Positions 25,031 through 36,353 of a DNA stretch of 64,000 bases are shown piece after piece. The DNA comes from Felis catus. Lineage: Eukaryota. The notes beneath the pieces are model-generated. The model ran no database searches, was not told the DNA's origin, and worked only from the letters and a program-made list of their open reading frames with translations. Where the stretch lies: assembly GCF_018350175.1 (NCBI RefSeq), contig NC_058369.1, positions 27,096,001-27,160,000 of the forward strand, written 5' to 3'. The translations under genes were made by a program, and so were the position numbers. Positions within the stretch are counted from its first letter, which is position 1. Each line of letters begins with the position of its first letter.

Positions 25031-25233
25031 TAAATGATGGGCCTTCTCTGTTACATTAGCAGTATCTTCTCACGCTGCTGGTGTTTGCTTCTGCTGCGGT
25101 GGGAGACAGGGCAATTTTCAGTCAGTCCTTTTCATTCCCTCAACATTGTGGAGAGTATAAGCTTGTTCTGCTTGTGGTGGAAAAAGGGAAAGCACATCAG
25201 TATAAAAAATGTGGAGTTTAAAAAGGATTTTGT

Positions 25234-25458
25234 GGGGCACCTGGGTAGCTCAGTTGGTTAAACATCCGACTTTGGCTCAGGTCATGATCTTGTGGTTTGT
25301 GAGTTCGAGCCCTGCATTGGGCTCCGTGCTGACTGATAGCTCAGAGCCTGGAGTCTGTTTCGGACTCTGTGTCTCCCTCTCTCTCTGCCCCTCCCCCACT
25401 CACACTCTGTCTCTTTCTCTCTCAAAAGTAAATAAACATTAAAAAAATGAAATAAAAT
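25234..25458 (+). mobile_element. Can-SINE (feline type)
   Basis: Full head/body/tail; TSD AAAARGGATTTTGTG on both sides. Confidence 0.97.
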
Positions 25459-25481
25459 AAAAGGGATTTTGTGATCTAGGG

Positions 25482-25615
25482 CAGAGGTTCTCAAAGTGTC
25501 GTCCTCAGATTAGCAGCATCCAGAAGCTTGTAGGTTTTCAGGCCACACCCCAGACCTGCTGATCGCAAACTCTGGGGTGGGTCCAGCAATGCAAGCTGAA
25601 GTTTGAGAACCACTG
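25482..25615. mobile_element. MER5A-like hAT element
   Basis: Terminal inverted repeats CAGAGGTTCTCAAA and TTTGAGAACCACTG; internal CCCCAGACCTGCTGA. Confidence 0.88.
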
Positions 25616-25669
25616 GCCTAGGGGAAGATGGGGAAATGTGGGAGAGAACAGAGAAGAGAGAAATAACAC

Positions 25670-26486
25670 TGTGCACCACAGCGAGGAAAAAACTTTGTTC
25701 CTCTGCTTTCTGAGGTTCAATGTCTGGGGCTGTATAAATTAAAGTGACAAAAGTAGATTTACAGTTTAAAATGCATACAAATTTTATTTGATGTTCATAT
25801 TCTAGTTTGTATATGTACACGGGGGTCTCACAGAAAGGGAAGTGAACAGTCAAAGAAGCAGTTAGGCCTAGGAGCCTATATACCATTAAAAAAATTTTTT
25901 TTTACATTTATTTTATTTTTGAGAGACAGAGCACAAGTGGAGGAGGGGAAGAGAGAGAGGGAGACACAGAATCTGAAGCAGGCTCCAGGCTCTGAGGTGT
26001 CAGCACAGGGCCTGATGCGGGGCTTGAACTCACAAACTGCAAGATCATGACCCGAGCCGAAATTGAATGCTTAACCAGCTGAGCTACCCAAGCTCCCCTG
26101 GAGCCTATATACCATTTTTAAAAAGAGTCATAAATGTGTGGAGAAGCGACGAGACAAGGGAAGAGAGTTTGGTCTGCTAGGGTCGGTAAATTGTGGGAGG
26201 GTAAATATATGGGGGAGAAACTAATGGAAGATAAGAATTCAGTAAGGTTTGTTTATGCAGCTTCGAGAAGATGCTGTTTGCAATGGTAAGAGTTGTCTCT
26301 TCTTCCTGGTTTGGGGGAGGGGAAGGGGAACACTCTCCCAAAAGGAAATTTATTCCCTATTTTTAGACAGAAAGGGGCAGGGTAGAGAGCTTTTTATGCA
26401 TCTGCTGTTGCTCAGTTACTTTCTGTTCAAAATAATCCTCATGCCAAAGTGATCTACTTTGGGGTAGCATATTCTGGTCCCCTTCA
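25670..26486 (-). mobile_element. ERV1 solo LTR, MER34-like
   Basis: Reverse strand begins TGAAGGGGACCAGAATATGCTACCCCAAA; TG...CA ends; 4-bp TSD ACAC at 25666-25669 and 26487-26490. Confidence 0.85.
25888..26098 (-). mobile_element. Can-SINE nested in the LTR
   Basis: Perfect 17-bp TSD GGAGCCTATATACCATT at 25871-25887 and 26100-26116. Confidence 0.97.
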
Positions 26487-26539
26487 ACACTGAGTGGGAC
26501 TCAGGAGCTAGATTGCTGGGTTTCTACTGCAATCTTGTC

Positions 26540-26830
26540 ACTTCATTCAACCACAAAGTATTTGCTGAGGACTTGCTATGTGCCAGGCACTGTGCAGATG
26601 CTTGGGAAATAGCAGGGGAAAACATCAGAGTTCTCTGTCCTCAGGGACCTGACCTTTTGCCTTACATTAATTGACCAGGTGATTGGAGGCACAAATTACT
26701 TCCCCTCTCTGTCCTCCCCTCCCCCCCAGCCTGTAAAGGAAGAATGCTAATAGTGTGTAACTCACAGAGATTTTTTAAGAGTGAAACATAAAACACCCAG
26801 TGTGCAGCACAGGGGTAGAGCTCTACAAGG
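26540..26830. mobile_element. L2 tail (-) adjoining MIR fragment (+)
   Basis: TATTTGCTGAGGACTTGCTATGTGCCAGGCACTGTG, then GGCACAAATTACTTCCCCTCTCTG...CTGTAAAG. Confidence 0.7.
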
Positions 26831-27564
26831 CCTTCCCCCGCTTCCTGATTACACATTCTCAGCCACCAAATGCTATCGACAAACTGACAGTGCTATCTCT
26901 TGCCACTTGTCCCCCCAAATATGATTATAAATGGACACAGACATCACCAAGATGCTTAAAACAGATGCTTAAAATATTTGATTTAGAAGTGTCTGAGAAC
27001 TCAAGGACCCAGGTGATAGGTACCTCTTTGTGAAATATCCAAACTTTTGTTATAATTTCAACTATCGTTATGGCAACATCAGCCCAAACATTCTGGGAAT
27101 AAATATGCTCCTGGCACTGTTTCTGAGTTCTCTAACTTGACAAAAGCTCAGAGATGAGGAGCTTACAGAATGATTTCAAGCGACATGGGGCTTAATTACA
27201 GACATCTTAGATTTAAAGGTCTGACTGCTCCAGGAGGGCAGAGATGGCACAAAGATAGGGGGCTTTCCAGGGCTGACTTCAGGTCTGTACTCCCTCAAAT
27301 AGAAAGTTGTGCTGTATCAAGGCTCAAAGCTCAGCTTCTCTAAGACATGCTCTCACATTAGGTCAGCCTCTGTGAAATTCCCCAGTGATGGGTTTGGGGA
27401 TGGAGCAGACAAACACAGTTTGCTAGCCACTGGGAAACCAAGTACAGCATCTCCTATCTGACTCTATAATCCCTCCCACCCTAGTTTAAGACTGCTGAGA
27501 GCTGTATTGATAAGACAGTGTAGGCAAAAAGTCCAGTGTGAACCTCTTATCCTCCCAAGTATAA

Positions 27565-27584
27565 TTTTTTAATGTTTATTTATT

Positions 27585-27619
<35 letters not shown>

Positions 27620-27842
27620 CAGGGGCAGCGAGAGAGGGAGACACAGAATCTGATGCAGGCTCCAGAGAGAGAGAGAGAGAGAGAGGCAGGGGCAGCGAGA
27701 GAGGGAGACACAGAATCTGATGCAGGCTCCAGGCTGCAAGCTGTCAGCACAGAACCCAACTGGGGGCTCAAACTCACAGACCGTGAGACCATGACCTGAG
27801 CCCAAGTTGGAAGCTTAACCGACTGAGCCACCCAGGCACCCC
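27565..27842 (-). mobile_element. Can-SINE with internal tandem duplication
   Basis: TSD CCTCCCAARTATAA at 27551 and 27843; body segment present twice. Confidence 0.97.
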
Positions 27843-27928
27843 CCTCCCAAATATAAATATTGAAGATGCTTTTTGTTGTGTGGTATATTGGTTGCATGTG
27901 TATTGCGTGGTTTGTGACATGGTGTATT

Positions 27929-27932
<4 letters not shown>

Positions 27933-27965
<33 letters not shown>

Positions 27966-28170
27966 CAGTGAGTGGATGTGTGGGCATCAGAACAAGAGAG
28001 AACAGGAAGGAAGAAAGGGAGAGAGGTAAGAGGAAGGAAAAAAGGCAGAAAGAGAAGGAAGGAGGCAAGAAGAAAGCAAAGGGGCAAGAAAGAGAAGGAA
28101 GAAGAGAAGGATAAAGGAGAGGAAGGTAGGCAGGAGAAGGAAGAGGAGGGGATGGGAGGGGGGAAGAAGA
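27933..28170. repeat. (GA)n plus purine-rich low-complexity tract
   Basis: (GA)n 27934-27962, then about 180 bp almost entirely A/G. Confidence 0.92.
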
Positions 28171-29449
28171 CTAGTACCTGCAGAGCCCACTCAAATTTCA
28201 CAACTCAACCTGCTCCCTGAAGGAGAAGAGAAGACAGGCGTCCTTAACTGCTGTCTGTCAGTGGGCATGGGTGACCTGGCATGCTTCTGGGTGGAACAAG
28301 AAGTGGCCTGAGGGTGTATCTTGTGTGAGGAGCTCTTTAACTCAGTGTCCCTGACCACCCCTGTAATGTGGCCAGGTGATTGATGATCCCTGTCCTCTTC
28401 GTTGGACCTGCACCTCTAGCAGGGGACTCAGCCCTGTGGCTCTTGTGACACACATACACCTGCACATCTGTATCTTCTTCTAGACTTTGGGCATTTGGAG
28501 GGTGGGGTCCACATCTTGGGCACCATATCATTTTCCACAGTGCCTTGTGCTTTATACTTCGTAGGGATCACAATGTTTGTTTAATGTGATGGAATTATTT
28601 ACTGAGAACTGTTTTATTTCTTAGGAAAAAAATAGAATCATTGGGGTACAGGTTTCCAGTGTACTCTACTGATTACAAAGGGTATAATGATTCCTCTTTT
28701 TAATCCCTTCTTAATAAGGAAACATTACTGAGCTTAAATTTGGTGGAGCTTTTTGTGTTTTCTCTCCCCAGCCCTAACAGCCTTCCTGTTCCGTTCTAAC
28801 AGGAAGAAAGCTCTGGAAGAACCCCTAATATTTCAGATCTAAATTTAAAGAAGTCAGATTCAATTGCTCAGTTAATTAAATTTGCAGTAGTCTCTTTGGA
28901 GATATTTATGGACTTACTTTCACACTTTTGCGTTTCCCTTTTCCTCTAGTTGAGCAGTAGCAAATACAAAGTGACAACCACATTACTGTACATGGAGTTA
29001 TTTACAGACCAGGATGATGGATTTCCTGATAATAATTTAATAGGGTAATTTTCCTGGGATACAGACTCTGGCCTCCTTGGTTTATCCTTTTCACCTGTTG
29101 CATTGTGTGTTGTCTTAATCTCACATGACTCCCAGCTAGAATCATGGCCCATTTGGGTTTGGCAGGTGCACTGTCTAAAATTTGGGGGTTTTCTCTGCAG
29201 CTTGTAGCTAACAGCCAAAGGTTTGGACATGTGGTCTACTACTCAGACATCTTAAAAGTAGGAGCAATGCAATAAGATGAGGCCATCAAAGTTTTCATTG
29301 CCTTGAAAACCAAAAGATATATAGATTCCCAGTTCCAGGACAAGCTTTTATTCAGTTATGAAACATTCAAGCCATTTTCTCCAATAATGATTCTGAGTAC
29401 TACATAGCATTTAAATAATCACAGCCCATTTTCACACCATAGCTTCTAG

Positions 29450-29680
29450 TATTTCTGTGAGTGTGTGCCAGGAACTTTACTCAAACCTTTATTGCCTTCT
29501 CTTATAGAATCCTCACAATACCTTATGACACAGATTGTTATTATTTCCGTTTTGTAAATGTAGAAACTGAGGCTCAGAAATAGCCAATGATGCTCCCCAG
29601 GTCACACAGCTGGCAAATGGCAGAGCCTGGTCTCAAGTCTAGATCCTTTGATTGCTAACCCATAGGATTTCCACTATCCC
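29450..29680 (-). mobile_element. MIR
   Basis: AATCCTCACAATACCTTATGA...TTTTGTAAATGTAGAAACTGAGGCTCAGA...CAGGTCACACAGCTGGCAAATGGCAGAGC. Confidence 0.92.
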
Positions 29681-29762
29681 ATTTTTATTATGTAAATAAA
29701 CAGAATCTGAGATGAAAAGCACAAAATAGCAGTGGGAATAATAGATAATGAAAAGCAATGCA

Positions 29763-29997
29763 GGGGCGCCTGGGTGGCTCAGCGGGTTAAATCATCTGAC
29801 TTCAGCTCAGGTCATGATTTCATGGTTCATGAGTTCGAGCCCCTCGTCGGGCTCTGTGCTGACAGCTGAGAGCCTGGAGCCTGCATTGGATCCTGTGTCT
29901 CCCTTCCTTTCTGTGCCCCCCTGCCACCCGCCTCTGCTCGTGCTCTGTCTCTCTCTGCCTCTCAAAAATGAATAAACATTAAAAAAATTCAAAAAAA
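29763..29997 (+). mobile_element. Can-SINE (feline type)
   Basis: GGGGCGCCTGGGTGGCTCAG head; TSD GAAARGCAATGCA. Confidence 0.97.
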
Positions 29998-30069
29998 GAA
30001 AGGCAATGCATAATCCATAAATTAGAGTTTGGCATTAAGAAATAGGTATAATAGACTTTCAGACTGAGC

Positions 30070-30420
30070 TTCTCTGCAAAGACATTTCAAAGATATTTCT
30101 TGGATTTGAAAGAACATCCAAGAAAAATGTAAAGAACAAAGGGCTTTGCCCTACCAGATATTAAAACATATTATGGATCTATAGCAATTAGAAAAGTGTG
30201 GCATTGACAAGTGGACCAAGACAGAGAATCTTGAAATATACCCATAAAAAATGGAATTGTTTTTATATAAGAGAGTTGATATTTAAAATGAATGGCAAAG
30301 AGATGGGCTGATTATTCAGCAAGTGGTGATACTGAGCCTCTGTTTTTTTTGCGGGGAAGACGTTTCTATCTCATATTATTTCTGGAAATACTGGAATAAA
30401 AGCCTAATATTAAAAAAAAT
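30070..30420 (+). mobile_element. Old L1 ORF2 remnant
   Basis: GCCCTACCAGATATTAAAACATATTAT...GCAATTAGAAAAGTGTGGCATTG (LPDIKTYY...I.KVW motif). Confidence 0.75.
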
Positions 30421-31169
30421 TACACATTAGAAATCATAAGATCTCCCAGGGTGTTTCTACGAAGACTCAAATTCAAGCTGTAAAGTTGAAAATGTATTTG
30501 CCCACACCTAGGCAATAACTATTGACTCTTCAGACTTAAACCATATTAATACCCTATACTTTGTATCTGAGTGGGCTATGCAAGAGATGCACTCAATATT
30601 GCACATCTCCCACTTGGTTACCAGGTCCCTTTGTTAATCAGAGGCTTGTACTTTGGGGAGAATTGGCTGGGATTGGGGGTGCAAGACTTTGTTATTGAAG
30701 AAAGCAAAGCAAAGCTCCTTCAACTCCTCATCCATCCCACTCACGAGTAGGGTAGGTAGTTTTATGAATGTTCCCATGACAGCCGCTAATTCCTGAGACT
30801 ATCATTATTGCTGGTGACCGTTCTGTGTGTCCTGATAGACTGCAACTTACAAAAGAAAAGGAGTTCTGTCTGCTTTGCTTACCACTGGGCTTATCCCAAG
30901 GCTCGGCCCATCCTGGTGCCCAATAATGCTTTGTGGAATGTATAAATAACCACATTTTCAGCCTCATGAACAGAGATAGCAGAGTTTGGTAGGGGAGAAG
31001 GTAGAAGTGTGTAGCAGGGAGATTGACAGGTCTATATGAACATTCTGTGCCATATGGGAAATGTGTGTGTCTGTGGTTTCTAACAAGGTCCAGATAAATA
31101 AAGAGAAAGCATGGGAATGTACCATCCCAGGTAGAGATGGGGACATAGAGGGATATATGGCAAAAAAAC

Positions 31170-31390
31170 ATAATAGCTATTCTCTCAATCCTTACATCAT
31201 GCCAGACACCATGCTTAGCACTGTGTGTGCATAATTTCATCTATTCTCCATAGCAACCTTAGGGATGGATGCTGTTATTGTAGTGATTTTCCACATGGGC
31301 AAACTGAAGCTCAGAGAGGGTAAGTGACTTTTACAGGGTCACTCAGCTAGTAAGTGGCAGAGTCAGAACTCAGAATCAAACCCCTAGTGC
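31170..31390 (-). mobile_element. MIR
   Basis: AAACTGAAGCTCAGAGAGGGTAAGTGACTT...AGCTAGTAAGTGGCAGAG. Confidence 0.92.
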
Positions 31391-32981
31391 CTCCCAACAG
31401 ACTGAGCTGAGTCTAGTGAAAAGCATGTTGTTTAGGGATAGGAAGCTGTTGCATCTTCGGACTCTTCGGTCCTTCCTTCCCCTGGCAGACAATAGAAAGA
31501 AGTCAAAGAAGAGCAACCCTAAACATGCCACATCCAGCCCTTGGAGACCTCAGCCTTCCCTGTGGGTGAGAAGTGATTTCTACTGCTCTTGGCCAGGGCC
31601 TTCCATGGTGGTTGATGCCTGCATCTTGCAAAAGGATGCCTATAAGACAGATGGCAGTTTCTCGAGCTCTCTGGCAGGCAGTACTGCTTTCCCACCAGCA
31701 TGCACTTCACACAAGAGCTGACCTTGTCCAGATGAAATGCTTCATTAGCCTACCATTGTCTGCTCTCTCTTTTGCACAGGGCCAAACTTTAGACCTAACT
31801 GCAAATTAGCAGTGGCTGTCAACCAACTGGATCCCTGCAATCCATGATCTACAATTTTCATTTGCCATGACTGATTGTCTCATTCTATACGAAGGCAGTG
31901 GTATAAACCCAGGCAATAATTGCTTGGCTTCAGCTAAATGTATCCTATGTTTCTTAAATGAATTCTAAAGACTGGTCTTAATATTCCTTAGTTTTCTTTT
32001 CTGTTAGGAAATAATCTGAAAGTTTGCGAAAGGATACCAAAACTGAGAAGAGTACATCAATTTCCTTTATTTAAATTGTTCATTTCTACAATTACTTATG
32101 ATGAATAGGCAAAAGACAAAAGGCAAAAACAAAAAGAAAAAAAAACCACAACAATCCTCTTAATAAATGTTTCTATTTGAGTAATTATTTTAAGGTAAGA
32201 GGTTCAAGTTCCTAATTGGAGGAAGTGATAGAAAATCAATCAGTTGTTTGGAGAATGAAAATAAACTACTTAAATTAGCTTTGTGTGGCCTGTGGGTATT
32301 TTGATCCTGGAGAACCAAACCTAACAAGGCTAATTTTAAGAGAGAACAGTACTGATGCAGGTGTTTTGTACTCACACGAAGAATTTTATATAAAAATGTA
32401 ATGTACATGTACATTTAGATTAATACCAGATCCCAAGAAATGACCATGCTGGAGGGAAAGGAAAATTGGTATGACAGATGCATTTGCTTATATGACCTAT
32501 ACCCAAATGAGCTAGCACTGACCTGCTAAATCTGAAAATAGTGATGTTAATTCCATCACATAGTATTTTGGCCCATTTCTATAAACAGATAGTTCAGTTC
32601 CCTTAAGATGAAGCTAATTGTCACTCCATGACCTCTTTTCAGAGAAGAGATTCTTCAGCAAGGAATTTTGGGGGCGGAAGGGATAGGACCTCTCCCTTAT
32701 TCAAGAGCCAGTCTGACTTACGGTGGTGAAAAGAAACTTTTCCTTGAGAAGATTCGGAGATCCCTGTCCAGGCCATAAAAGGAAAGGTTGAGAAAGGAGA
32801 ACCCAGCTTTCAGAGCCTACTCAGACAGGTTAGTCTTGGCAATGAGTTGAGGATCTACACACCCATTCTCTTAAACTCTGTGTGCCGCATGCCTTGTAAA
32901 GTTCCCATGTACCTCACCAGGGTTATGTCCAAGTTTGGAGTCACTCTTCTTGGTATATGAAGCTGTGTAAGGACTGCTTTT

Positions 32982-33005
32982 TAAAAAAAATTAATGTTTA
33001 TTTAT

Positions 33006-33061
<56 letters not shown>

Positions 33062-33211
33062 CAGGGAGAGGCAGGGAGACACAGAATCTGAAGCAGGCTC
33101 CAGGCTGTGAGTTGTCAGCACAGAGCCCGACACGGGGGTTGAATTCACGGACTGTGAGATCATGACCTGAGCCAAAGTCGCGCTTAACTAACTGAGCCAC
33201 CCAGGTGCCTC
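32982..33211 (-). mobile_element. Can-SINE (feline type)
   Basis: Long (GA)n; TSD AGGAYTGCTT. Confidence 0.97.
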
Positions 33212-33299
33212 AGGATTGCTTCTTATAAAACCTCAAGGGGACTAATGTGCAGATAAGGGTATGCTGAATGAGTCAGTGTGGCTTAGCCCAGTTAAGACC

Positions 33300-33480
33300 T
33301 GTTGTTTATGAAGCCTGGTAATCCTGGACCAGATTATGGCTCACAGTGATGTGTGACTGCAAGAAAAATTATTCATCCTCTCTGAATCTCAGCCCCTTTA
33401 TCTGTTAAAAGAGGATGACATTGGGACCTTCCTCAAAGTGCTATTGTGGCAATAAAATGAGATAGCATGCATACATTTTC
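33300..33480 (+). mobile_element. MIR fragment
   Basis: TGTGTGACT...CCTCTCTGAATCTCAG...TATCTGTTAAAAGAGGATGA. Confidence 0.75.
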
Positions 33481-35699
33481 ACATTTAAATTTCTAGCTGT
33501 CTGTTGATGATTTATGAGTTGGCATAGATGATGCAGAACTCAACTCACATAAATTAGTATCAAAATAATTGAACTCATGTGACTACCAAATCTTCTACTA
33601 AGAAGTTCAGTTTTCTGTGTAAGGTATGTGATTGCAGGGAAGAGGCATCCTTAGGAAGACACTCAGGATCCAGCTCATTCATGTTTGGAGTTTGAGACAA
33701 AATTTCAAATATAGGATAGTTCAAGACTTTTAGGATACCTAATGGAAGACACATACTTGATCATAAAACTAGTAAAACAACATGAAGGAATGTCTGCAAG
33801 ATACTCCCTCTACTCACCCAAATCTGCTATCAATTATATCCTAAATAAGAGAACAGCTAACCACTACGTAAACAAATGGTGATATTAAAAGTTAAGTCAT
33901 TTTAATTGTACTAAATAGTTATTCATGAACCAATTAAGCTGAAAGTCATATGGTTCATGGAGTCTCCCTTCAAATATCAGATAACATCAGTCTTCCTATC
34001 TATCAATAAGCACAAGACACCCATAAAATCATAGGCTCTGAAAACTTCCAGAGACCTTCTCATAGATAAAACTCATTCATTGCAGGTTATATCAGTAAGT
34101 CAATTCAACTTAGTTTGATAGCTCATAACTGTCCAGGCTGTTGTATTTACTGAGCCATACACTACCCTTTTTTCAAGCGTGCTTGAGAAAATTACTTGTG
34201 AGACTATTTCTCTTCTGGGCACAATCAAGTACTTTAGAATGAACTCCATAACTGCAGATTCAACATAGCATTAGGCTTGGTAATAATATCAAAAAATATT
34301 GCTTTAATAATGCTGTGAAGTTGCCTAGAATCCCATGACTTTCCTTCTGCTAGTAATTCAGCCAGATAACTTATCAGTGAATGTGTATGAGTGCCAAAGA
34401 GCAAGGCCCAATTTAAGGAACAACAAAAACCTCAAGGTTAAGGAGAGAGGACCAGAAGCAACACCCTCTAAATGAGTTGGCTTCTTTGAAGGGAGGCTGC
34501 TGCCCTAACCCAGGACCTTGTGCCTTCTTCACAGTGAGAAAGCAGGGCTGGATGGTCAAGAGAGGCTTCCCAGTGGGTGGTTTGGTTTCTTTTTTGGGAT
34601 CTTCCCGTTATTCCTCTTCATTGCCAAGTTTATATAAACCTCTAAGAAAGTTCTCTCCTCCATGTCCTTCTCCTTTATAAGTGTGTTGGAGCACGTTGGA
34701 GACTATAAAGCGCTATACAAACGTAAGAGCTTTACATACGATGTATGTGTTTGACATGGTGCCAGGCTCTGCTGAGAGTCTGAAAGAGTCACGCAGTGTG
34801 GAAAGGACATAGATATCCATCATCAAATCCAGTGTTTGCAAAAAGCGGGAACACCTACCACTGGTGATACCTGGGGTGATTTTAGCTGACAGGTGAAGGA
34901 ACATTTTTGTTACACTAGTTATAATTTATATTTCAATAAGTGTGCATGTATTTATCATGATGTGTAATAGGAAGAATAAGTGTACCTTTACATAATAGGT
35001 ATTATTGTGTAGAGCAAGGGTAAGTAAAATAAATTTGTGGATTTAGTTGAAATAGAGAAAAATAGTAGTATGAGGATACACAGACTTGATAAAAAACTAT
35101 AAAGATGGGATATATATTACTGAGATTTGAAAAATATTGAGGCCCAGAGAAGGGGACGGGACTGTCTTGCCCAAGGTCAGATAGCAAGTGAGAGGCACCG
35201 CTGGGACTATTATTCATGTCTTCTAACTCCCAGGATCTTCCAGGTCTTTTGACTATATATAGCAGGACTTCTTCCTTCCTTAGCTGGCCATGTCTCCATT
35301 CAGGTTTGAGTTCACCACGAAGAAGGAATAGTGCTTTCCTATATATGGATACCAGCTGAAGAGTTTAACTTAGACAGTAAAGTGTTAAAATCTTCAACAG
35401 TGCATTTGAAACATGGGTCTTGAACATGTTACTATCGATAGCTTGCAGAACAGCTGCTATGAGCATGAGCTTAGGCCAAAAATTGGGACCTTTCCCTGGC
35501 CCTTTGCAAAGCCTCAGAAGTTGTGCACAGCTAGAGAGAGGAAGCAGTAGCCAAGCCAATTCAGCATGTGGCATGCCTCCTAGTCTGCAGCCTCCTTCCC
35601 CCACATGCCAGACCAAAATCACCACCATTCTCAATTCCCATCCACTTAGAAAGCAAGGAGATTAAAAACAAGAAAGTTTTGCTAAGAGACCGAAAAGGA

Positions 35700-35930
35700 A
35701 GTCCCTGTCTGCAGAGATCATAGTCCATCTCCTATCTGCAGTTCATTTATAGTAATGACTACCATTCATTTATCACTGTGCCTACATAATTTCTGAACCC
35801 CCTACCTCTACAAGTAGCATTCCTATCCCCATTTTGCAAATGTGGTAAAGGAAGTTCAAGGTTAATTTGCTCAGATGGGAAGATTTCTCGATTCCAGGCC
35901 TATCAGACTGCAAAGTCCCAAGACTCACAT
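35700..35930 (-). mobile_element. MIR fragment
   Basis: ATCCCCATTTTGCAAATGTGGTAAAG...GTTAATTTGCTCA...GACTGCAAAGTCC. Confidence 0.7.
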
Positions 35931-36141
35931 TCAATAGTATTCCGTACAGGGAAAGAGAAGAGACATAGGAAATGATATTGAATAACATAACGACACATGT
36001 TATTTCATGCTAGATTAGATAGCAGAGACTTTTAGGGCTAAAAGAATTCACAGTAGGACATATCATTATTTTATTCATTTATTTACCTAAAGCCAATTTG
36101 GATCCCTCACTAGGTGCCAGGAACTTGACATTGATCTGAAA

Positions 36142-36353
36142 TAGAGGTCAGCAAGCTACAGCCCAAAGGTGAATTCCAGTCCACTACCTGTTTTTGTAAA
36201 TAAAGTTTTATTGGAACACAGCTGTAGCTATTTATTCTGTGGCTGCTTCTGTGCTACAACAGCAGAGTTGAGTAGTTGTGACAGAGACCTTTGGGCTTGC
36301 AACATCTAAAATATCTCTTATCTGGCCTTTAACAGAAAAAGTTTGCTAACTAT
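36142..36353. mobile_element. MER58A-like hAT-Charlie element
   Basis: CCTGTTTTTGTAAATAAAGTTTTATTGGAACACAGC...GCAGAGTTGAGTAGTTGTGACAGAGACC...ACAGAAAAAGTTTGC. Confidence 0.92.

Noticed and set aside
27569..28220. Long S/L/F-rich and K/E/R-rich ORFs
   Set aside because: Translations of (CT)n/(GA)n SINE tracts and the purine tract.
34830..35000. Possible hAT-type DNA transposon fragment starting CAGTGTTTGCAAA
   Set aside because: No matching second terminus found and the family cannot be assigned from memory.
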